Shown piece by piece: positions 10,231 to 16,927 of a stretch of DNA of 64,000 bases. Origin of the DNA: an uncultured Fibrobacterota bacterium (lineage in GTDB: Bacteria; Fibrobacterota; Chitinivibrionia; Chitinivibrionales; CAYFVL01); assembly GCA_964586285.1 (NCBI GenBank), contig CAZPHU010000001.1, positions 63,463 to 127,462 of the forward strand, given 5' to 3'. Each line of letters starts with the position of its first letter. Positions within the stretch are counted from its first letter, which is position 1. The notes under the pieces are model-generated. The model was not told the DNA's origin and did no database searches. It saw only the letters and a program-made list of their open reading frames with translations. Made by a program: the position numbers and the translations under genes.

Positions 10231-11073
10231 ATGAACACAACAACTGATAAAATTATTAATGTAGGTAAATCAACCATTCAGCATGGGGAATATAATGACC
10301 GTATTTACCTGATGCATCTGGCTCCGGAAGATCTCCCGCAAATTCTTCATACGCTGGATCAGATAGGTGAAGAAAATGATTATTCCAAAATCTTCGCAAA
10401 AGTGCCCCAAATTGCGCTATCGGATTTCGAAAAAAACGGTTATGTAGTTGAAGCAAAGATTCCTACTTACTTCGAAGGTAAAGGCCCTGCCTTTTTCATG
10501 GCAAAATACATGAAAGAATCACGCAGACAGGCACATAGTAAGAAAAGAATTGCAGATGTTCTGGACAATGCCCAAAAAATCACTCCCCCCGAACAATTAC
10601 CGCAATCGGTGTCCGGTTATGGCGTTTCCGTGTGTAGGCCGTCGGAAGCAAACGAAATGGCCAAAGTGTATGGAATCGTGTTTGACTCATATCCTTTTCC
10701 TATCTATGATCCCGCCTATATTCGTGAAACCATTGAAGAAAATGTCGTATACTTTGCCGTACGTCACCGGGGTGAAATTGTAGCTCTCTCTTCGGCCGAA
10801 ATGGATACTCACGCACGAGCCGCAGAGATGACGGATTTTGCTACACTCCCTGAATTTCGCGGAAAGAGTCTGGCCACAGTTCTTTTAGGTCGCATGGAAG
10901 AGGAGATGAGAAGTCGAGATATTCCGACTGTTTATACAATCGCAAGAGCAATGTCCTTTGGTATGAACGCCGTTTTTGCAAAACACGGCTATGTTTTTGA
11001 TGGAACTCTTATTAACAATACAAATATCAGCGGACAGATAGAAAGTATGAATGTGTGGTGGAAAAAACTGTAA
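10231..11073 (+). CDS. ablB: Putative beta-lysine N6-acetyltransferase (AblB-type GNAT)
   Basis: The 280-aa protein has an N-terminus (STIQHGEYNDRIYLMHL) and a C-terminal GNAT core (FATLPEFRGKSLATVLL) as I recall for AblB. It shares strand and cluster with ablA. Confidence 0.7.
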   Translation: MNTTTDKIINVGKSTIQHGEYNDRIYLMHLAPEDLPQILHTLDQIGEENDYSKIFAKVPQIALSDFEKNGYVVEAKIPTYFEGKGPAFFMAKYMKESRRQAHSKKRIADVLDNAQKITPPEQLPQSVSGYGVSVCRPSEANEMAKVYGIVFDSYPFPIYDPAYIRETIEENVVYFAVRHRGEIVALSSAEMDTHARAAEMTDFATLPEFRGKSLATVLLGRMEEEMRSRDIPTVYTIARAMSFGMNAVFAKHGYVFDGTLINNTNISGQIESMNVWWKKL

Positions 11074-11140
11074 GCGCGGTATGTCTGAATTTTCTTGCAA
11101 GAGAATATGATCCCGCTTAAAAATCTTGTACACAAAATAG

Positions 11141-11173
11141 ACGGCCGGCAGGGTTAGAGCACCCGACGGCCGT
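11141..11173 (+). terminator. Weak hairpin after ablB
   Basis: ACGGCCG-N19-CGGCCGT is followed by TGGTCGTTTTC. The loop is long and the T-tract poor. Confidence 0.25.
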
Positions 11174-11398
11174 TGGTCGTTTTCGGCAGTTCACTCACTA
11201 AAAAATACTGGATAATACCATTTTTTTTGTGCGATTTTGCATGAAGAGTAATATTTTACATAACATGAGAAGAAACACCTACCTTTTCAGCCGTTTGAAA
11301 AATAGTTCTAGATTGGTGAATACCCAATCGGATATGAAGAAGGCTGTCTCAGCACGACACGGATCAGAGAAGACGCATGCGACTGGAAAGGAATAAAA

Positions 11399-14300
11399 AT
11401 GAAAATTCTCAAAGCTCTCCTTTCGACTCTGCTGCCGTTTTGCCTGTTCTCTCAAGTACCTGACTCATTTTACATTGAAAATTTGCGTGTAGTCGAATCA
11501 CAGGACGATTCGGTTTGCATATTATGGTATACTTCCAGCCCAACAGCCAACAACAAAGTTGTGTATGGTTTGAGCACGCCGCCATCCGAAACAGCTATAG
11601 AATCAGCACATAAAGAAATAGCTTCAAAATTCCACACTGTTAAAATCGGCGGGCTGGAGAATAAAAGAAAGTATTATTTCTATATCGAATCGGATGGTAA
11701 AATAGACGATAATGACGGTACTTATTATACGTTTACCTCCCCAACCGATCACCATGACATTTATGCGGACGCCTATATCACCAGTGACCTGAGTGGAACA
11801 TGGTTCCTTACTTTCCAATTCAAAGATTCAAATTCGTTTATCGATTTCAGAGATACGACTCTCAGATCGCTTGAAACACGTTTTTATTTAAGAGCAACCG
11901 AATATCAGATGCGGAATGTAACGGCTGAGCTTGCTAACTTCGGATACGGCAAGTTTGAGCACTATTATAATACGTTGAGGAATGTGTTTCAGGAAATCAA
12001 ACCCGTTAAAGTAGATGACAGCTATGATCCAAACGACCATACCTATTCATGGTCTTTTAGCTTACCTATTGGCGAAGCACACTATCAGTTTTATAGGAGT
12101 GGTGGAGGAAATTACTGTCCTATCGATATAACTATAAATAACATGGATATGAAAGAGCTGCCGAATGGAAATCACTGGAGTTTCAGAGAACACAAAACAT
12201 CTGATGGTGACCATATGGATTTTCCGGGGATTTCAACTCCAGACAGAAAAACGGTTATTTCTAATCCTTATGTGACTCTAATTAAGGATGATGAAATTAT
12301 TTGGGGACAGTCTCCCGACGACCTGTATGCTAAGAGACATTTGGATCTGTCTATTTCCACAACGATCACCAGCCCGCTTTCAAATCCGCCCGATCAAAGG
12401 CATCAGATGATATCCGAAGAAGAAATGATTCAGCTTACGGGATGGGCTAAAGTAACGCTCGACGGGAAAATTGACGACATATGGGTTAACGGTGTCTCTG
12501 TAACTCCCCTATCGGATGCAGTGTGGTATGACCAAACCAAAGATGTTTTTAATTTCAATCTGAATTCGGCAGTGAAGTACGGCCCGAACCATTTCGACAT
12601 CACATTTTTTGCTGCCCCTTCGAGCGATTGTATGAATTGCACTGGTTCCAGTTATTCGAATCATAGCTTCATTATAGATGTTTTGAAATCCGATTTTCAT
12701 TTATCCCAAATGTTGATAACAAACAATGGACTGCAAATAGAATCGGATGTAATCACTCCGGATACATCTTCACATTTCACGATCAAGATCAATGACAAAA
12801 ACAGAGATCAGGATAAAAACCGGATCGATTCACTCTTTGTTGAGATTACGACATCGCGAGGTGACAAATACCTAAACCTGCTCATTGAGGACAGCATATC
12901 GAGTGGAAACTTTACCAGTGCCGAGACGTTCAGTTTCGTTTCCGATCCTTCTTTAATGACAGCGAACGACTATTTTGTTGAGCACCTCGATTATGTAACG
13001 ATACGGTATGAAGACCCTACCGCCCCCTCCGATACTCAGTCGGTTACTCTTATTGTCCAAGATCGGCCTCAAAGACCATCCATTCCGCTAATACCGATTT
13101 CCGGGCTTATATTCGATACGGATGGGAACGGCAAAGCCGATCGCGTGGTTATCGATTATTCAAATACAATTGATGAGGCGGGAGATTCAGTTATGATTCC
13201 GTTTCCGTCTCCGCAGAGTAGGGTGGTGTATGACAAAACTCGTTTCGAAATAATGGGATCGAGGGTGTTTATCACGGATCACACAGCTTTTCCACAGAAC
13301 GCTACATCGTTTGCAGGCGTGGAAAAAACTCAAGGCATTCTATGGACCGCATCGGATGACACCCCAAATACGTTCGACATTTTAGAAAAAATAGGGCCTG
13401 TTTTAACAGAGGCATTGTTTTACGAGACGCAACACACCGATCGAGACAGTATGTGCATCCGATTATCCGAGGAGGTTTTTTATGAAGATTCGACTGCTGA
13501 TTCCATGATTCTTATCCGCGACGGTGAAGAGATTATTCTGTCGATAACCGATGTGCGCAAAACTGCGGATACTGAAATCACACTGAGAATAGCAGGTAGT
13601 GTGCGCCCGCAACCGGGCGACAGTTTGCGTCTGTGTTCAAGCGAATTTATTTCAGACACTTACGGTAATACTCCACACCCTCAAAACAGGCCTGTTGCAA
13701 TCACTATAGTTCCCGGCCCACCGTTTATCAGCTCGGGAACATACCACGATGGAAACGGAGACGGGATCATCGACAGGCTGATGTTACGTTTTACAAAGCC
13801 CGTAATAACTGATTCTCTAGAAAAGCTCATTTGTGAATGGCAGTCGGAGAGTTTCCTTATACCGAAACAAAATTTGGAAAAAACGGCCGATTCGGTTATT
13901 ATTGCCGATCTTTCGGGGCTAATTAAAAGCCGATCGACAAATGGTTCCATGAAAATTTCAGCCAAATTTCATGGACACGAGGCTTCCAGCCCCCACGTTA
14001 TCTCGGACAATGCGGCCCCGGTTATCCTTTCAGCGGTTTACATTCCTCATACGACCAAATCTGCCGGTGGTGAAGCGTCTGGAGACCAACTGAAAATCGA
14101 GTTTTCAGAGCCCGTGAATATAAACCAAATCATTTACCCTAAGCCTTTTAACACACTACGAAGAGATTCTGTTAATTATGTCTTTCAAATAGCCCGTTCC
14201 GGTGCTCGAAATATAGGCAATACTGTCATTTTCAAGGTAAATGAGATTGATCTTTATCCTCAAACCGGTGATCTCATTAACATTTCGGTAACCGGAGGGA

Positions 14301-14764
14301 TATACGATACTTGTGGAAATGTACAGGATAATCCCCAAAACACATTTGCATCTCTTGTTTCTCAGCCTTTTACGGTTACCTTTAATGCAGGACCCAACCC
14401 GTTTACGCCCGGCATCAGTGAGGTACCGGCGGTTCCTGGGCTGACAATTACCTCGGGGACAAGCATAGTGGCTAATTTCAATGGAAATCTTGGTATGTGG
14501 TCGTCGGATATAGACGCAAAAATATCCATTTATGACAATGTTGGCAACCTTGTTTGTGAGACAAAGAACAAACAAGATCTTCATTCCCAAGTCCAATACT
14601 CAATGTTTCAGCTAAACCCTTCCAAGTTAATCTTCCTATGGGATGGATATTCCAGGAACAACAGAAAGGTTGGTTGCGGAGCCTATTTGGCCGTAGTCAC
14701 TGTTACCGATCCGTCAGGAAACAGTGTTACAGAAAGAATCACGCTTGGGGTCAGGAGTGAATAG
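11399..14764 (+). CDS. Large secreted or surface protein with an FN3/purple-acid-phosphatase-N-like N-terminal domain and a FlgD-Ig-like C-terminal domain
   Basis: There is a signal peptide (MKILKALLSTLLPFCLFSQ). The N-terminal domain reads ...VCILWYTSSPTANNKVVYGLS...FHTVKIGGLENKRKYYFYI. The C-terminus, ISIYDNVGNLVCE...LWDGYSRNNRKVGCGAYLAVVTV, resembles FlgD-Ig / T9SS-type sorting domains. Confidence 0.6.
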   Translation: MKILKALLSTLLPFCLFSQVPDSFYIENLRVVESQDDSVCILWYTSSPTANNKVVYGLSTPPSETAIESAHKEIASKFHTVKIGGLENKRKYYFYIESDGKIDDNDGTYYTFTSPTDHHDIYADAYITSDLSGTWFLTFQFKDSNSFIDFRDTTLRSLETRFYLRATEYQMRNVTAELANFGYGKFEHYYNTLRNVFQEIKPVKVDDSYDPNDHTYSWSFSLPIGEAHYQFYRSGGGNYCPIDITINNMDMKELPNGNHWSFREHKTSDGDHMDFPGISTPDRKTVISNPYVTLIKDDEIIWGQSPDDLYAKRHLDLSISTTITSPLSNPPDQRHQMISEEEMIQLTGWAKVTLDGKIDDIWVNGVSVTPLSDAVWYDQTKDVFNFNLNSAVKYGPNHFDITFFAAPSSDCMNCTGSSYSNHSFIIDVLKSDFHLSQMLITNNGLQIESDVITPDTSSHFTIKINDKNRDQDKNRIDSLFVEITTSRGDKYLNLLIEDSISSGNFTSAETFSFVSDPSLMTANDYFVEHLDYVTIRYEDPTAPSDTQSVTLIVQDRPQRPSIPLIPISGLIFDTDGNGKADRVVIDYSNTIDEAGDSVMIPFPSPQSRVVYDKTRFEIMGSRVFITDHTAFPQNATSFAGVEKTQGILWTASDDTPNTFDILEKIGPVLTEALFYETQHTDRDSMCIRLSEEVFYEDSTADSMILIRDGEEIILSITDVRKTADTEITLRIAGSVRPQPGDSLRLCSSEFISDTYGNTPHPQNRPVAITIVPGPPFISSGTYHDGNGDGIIDRLMLRFTKPVITDSLEKLICEWQSESFLIPKQNLEKTADSVIIADLSGLIKSRSTNGSMKISAKFHGHEASSPHVISDNAAPVILSAVYIPHTTKSAGGEASGDQLKIEFSEPVNINQIIYPKPFNTLRRDSVNYVFQIARSGARNIGNTVIFKVNEIDLYPQTGDLINISVTGGIYDTCGNVQDNPQNTFASLVSQPFTVTFNAGPNPFTPGISEVPAVPGLTITSGTSIVANFNGNLGMWSSDIDAKISIYDNVGNLVCETKNKQDLHSQVQYSMFQLNPSKLIFLWDGYSRNNRKVGCGAYLAVVTVTDPSGNSVTERITLGVRSE

Positions 14765-14873
14765 AATTTTTGATTGATTACTACTATTTGCCGCCGACAC
14801 TTTCATGCCGGTCCAAGCTGCATGACTTCCACCAAAACAGCTCATATCCATTCAAGATAACCGGTTTTTAAAA

Positions 14874-15200
14874 CTATCTTACAGGCAATCGTTGACGAAT
14901 CAGGTCTCGTCTTTGGCGTCGCGGAATTTTTTTTATTCTCATCACACGAATTTCCCTTAAGTGAGGACGCCTCTTATATCTTCTGATTGCTCGTTTGGTA
15001 TTTTCTTGATTTTGAGGAACCGGATGTTCATCACGAGCCGAATCAATTAACCCTTGCGGTTCTTTATCAAGATGTTCACGATGTCCATATTCCAGGCGAT
15101 GGGACGATCGGTGATAAACTATCTTAATTACAGCCCAAACAGCCGCAAGAGTCGTTGTTACTGTCATCCCAAAAATTACCCATTTCGATCTGGCTTTCAT
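14874..15200 (-). CDS. Small membrane-anchored protein with an extremely Arg/Lys-rich C-terminal tail (108 aa)
   Basis: The ATG at 15200 follows AGGGAG. One N-terminal TM is present (WVIFGMTVTTTLAAVWAVIKIV). The tail reads KRAIRRYKRRPHLREIRVMRIKKIPRRQRRDLIRQR. Confidence 0.4.
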   Translation of the reverse strand: MKARSKWVIFGMTVTTTLAAVWAVIKIVYHRSSHRLEYGHREHLDKEPQGLIDSARDEHPVPQNQENTKRAIRRYKRRPHLREIRVMRIKKIPRRQRRDLIRQRLPVR

Positions 15201-15373
15201 ATGAATCTCCCTAATCACACAAGTTTGAGATACAAACTCTCTTTCTACTAGCAATTTTCAAACCTTTTTTGGGCACTTTTTTTACCTTCTATCTAATTAT
15301 GATGCAAATCATTGTGCAAAATTTGCTGCCGAATAGTTATAATAAAAATTAAACCGTTTATCATAAGCATCTA

Positions 15374-15392
15374 CATTTTCAATTTGAAAATG
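15374..15392. promoter_or_regulatory. Perfect 19-nt palindrome CATTTTCAA-T-TTGAAAATG in a divergent intergenic region
   Basis: Read directly from the sequence. It lies about 145 nt upstream of the 15537 ORF. A second palindrome, ATGAT-GCAA-ATCAT, lies at 15299-15312. Confidence 0.3.
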
Positions 15393-15536
15393 ATTGCATA
15401 TCGGAAAGCTTTTAGAGCTTTTTTAAACCTTAAAGCAACTGTTCTTTTAGATAAGATGGATAAGCCTTTAAGAATCATTGACAGAGGGCACATTATTTGC
15501 TCATTATAAACTATGCCCCCACAATAGGAGCCAAAC

Positions 15537-16010
15537 ATGACCGGTACGAAAAGAGGGTTTTTGCATAATGGCAGCTTCTCGGCTATGTTCTCGGTTTTGA
15601 TGCTCAAGAAAAGAGATTCCGATAAGAGGGCGGATAACAACGGTATCGCACCAAGACCAATTTTATCCACCGATGAAGGAGGAAACTTGGTGATAGATAT
15701 TCGCCTGGACCAATTCAAAGAACTCTGCTCTGTTGGCGGGGCTGTAAACTTTACTGTAAAAGAGGACGGTAAGTCTGTTTTATTAGTTCGTCGGTCAAAG
15801 GACACCTTTACTGCGCTTTCCTACCGCGGTACTCATACTGCTAATAGAGTAAAGCGCAGTTATAATCATTCTGTTTTTTACAGCCGATACAAAGCCGTGC
15901 GCTCCTTTACACGCGACACGAAAAGTACGGCACTTACCGCCCCGCTTTTTCGTTTAAAAACAATTTACAGACAAAAGCAGGAAACTGTAATTATCGCTTA
16001 TAAATCCTGA
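15537..16010 (+). CDS. Hypothetical protein; possible degenerate Rieske-fold protein lacking the cluster ligands
   Basis: A strong SD (AGGAG, 7 nt) precedes the ATG. The N-terminus TKRGFLHNGSFSAMFSVLML resembles a Tat signal with KR in place of RR. The C-half, VLLVRRSKDTFTALSYRGTHTANRV...VFYSRYKAVRSF...LTAPLFRL, follows the Rieske pattern (A.S..CTH.GC.V...F.CPCHGS.F...GPAP.PL) but with the Cys and second-box His ligands substituted. Confidence 0.45.
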   Translation: MTGTKRGFLHNGSFSAMFSVLMLKKRDSDKRADNNGIAPRPILSTDEGGNLVIDIRLDQFKELCSVGGAVNFTVKEDGKSVLLVRRSKDTFTALSYRGTHTANRVKRSYNHSVFYSRYKAVRSFTRDTKSTALTAPLFRLKTIYRQKQETVIIAYKS

Positions 16011-16028
16011 CAGCAAAAGGAGGGCGGC

Positions 16029-16313
16029 ATGAAAATACTACTAATCTTAACGGCAAACATTCTTCCCCTGGTTTTGATTCAGGGATATGCGGCCCGATCC
16101 TTTATGGAACAATTTCGCCCACCACTTGTTCACGGACTGTTTATCGGTTGGTTTGGTATCTTTTTTGCCGGCATACAACTGTATCTTACATACATTGTGC
16201 ACGGCAGGTATTTGGGAAAAGATGACTTGCGCTTACGTCGAGGCTCTTTTGCTGTTCCAAATGGAAATTTTCCCATTGAACCGGTACCGATAATGGTAAC
16301 TGAGAAATCATAG
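16029..16313 (+). CDS. Small integral membrane protein (94 aa)
   Basis: A strong SD (AAAGGAGG) is present 18 nt after the previous stop. Two to three hydrophobic segments are visible. Confidence 0.45.
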   Translation: MKILLILTANILPLVLIQGYAARSFMEQFRPPLVHGLFIGWFGIFFAGIQLYLTYIVHGRYLGKDDLRLRRGSFAVPNGNFPIEPVPIMVTEKS

Positions 16314-16410
16314 CCCTGCGCGATTAATCATTTGTTTTTAAATGGTTTGCTTCCGAAAAACAAGGACAGCCCGGCGATAATGTCGCAGGTTGTCGCAATG
16401 GCTGTCCAAT

Positions 16411-16722
16411 TTACTGACCAACCGGCTTTATTGAGGTTATCTCGATTAGTTTTCCCCACATATGGATTGTGGCCATATCGGTTCGAATTTTGCCCTCGAA
16501 GCGAACGGAAAGGCTGTCTTTCTGAAACTGCTCGGGCAGGCTTATCGGATTGTAACGGGATCCGTCCTTTGCTACAATACCATAGAACCCCCCTTCTTGC
16601 GCAACAAATACGACCATTCCTTCGGTCTTAACTTTTCCGCCCCCATTGCCCTGGTTGCATCCCCCACACAAAAGGGACATAATCAGGACAACGACAGGCA
16701 AAACCACACTCGGTTTTGGCAC
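16411..16722 (-). CDS. Small lipoprotein (103 aa)
   Basis: The GTG start lies 6 nt after AGGAGG. The signal peptide has a lipobox-like LLCGGC, followed by a Gly/Asn-rich linker. Confidence 0.6.
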   Translation of the reverse strand: MPKPSVVLPVVVLIMSLLCGGCNQGNGGGKVKTEGMVVFVAQEGGFYGIVAKDGSRYNPISLPEQFQKDSLSVRFEGKIRTDMATIHMWGKLIEITSIKPVGQ

Positions 16723-16891
16723 TCATATCCTCCTTTAAACTCCACAAATATCTCGTAAAGTTTCCGTGTAAAATACACGCATCATCTTACCCATTCGGGC
16801 TTATTTGCCAGTCGATAGTATTGAAATAGAGATTAGAAACAAATAAAGGGCAATTACTTTTATGAGGTGAAAAAATGTAAAGTGACAATCG

Positions 16892-16919
16892 AAGGAGTTG
16901 CCCTTTTGGGCAACTCCTT
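16892..16919 (-). terminator. Hairpin terminator after the GH94 gene
   Basis: The hairpin is a perfect 12-bp stem with a 4-nt loop (AAGGAGTTGCCC-TTTT-GGGCAACTCCTT), starting 9 nt past the GH94 stop. A T-rich tract follows a little further on the minus strand. Confidence 0.6.
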
Positions 16920-16927
16920 AAATGGAA

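Noticed and set aside
15371-15805. 144-aa minus-strand ORF overlapping the 15537-16010 gene.
   Set aside because: The plus-strand ORF has a strong SD, a signal-like N-terminus and a downstream coupled gene. The minus-strand ORF has none of these and runs through the palindromic control region.
16332-16758. Two plus-strand ORFs (99 and 98 aa) overlapping the lipoprotein gene.
   Set aside because: They are antisense to an ORF with an AGGAGG SD and a clear lipoprotein signal peptide. Their composition is low-complexity and Arg/Pro-rich, as expected for shadow frames.
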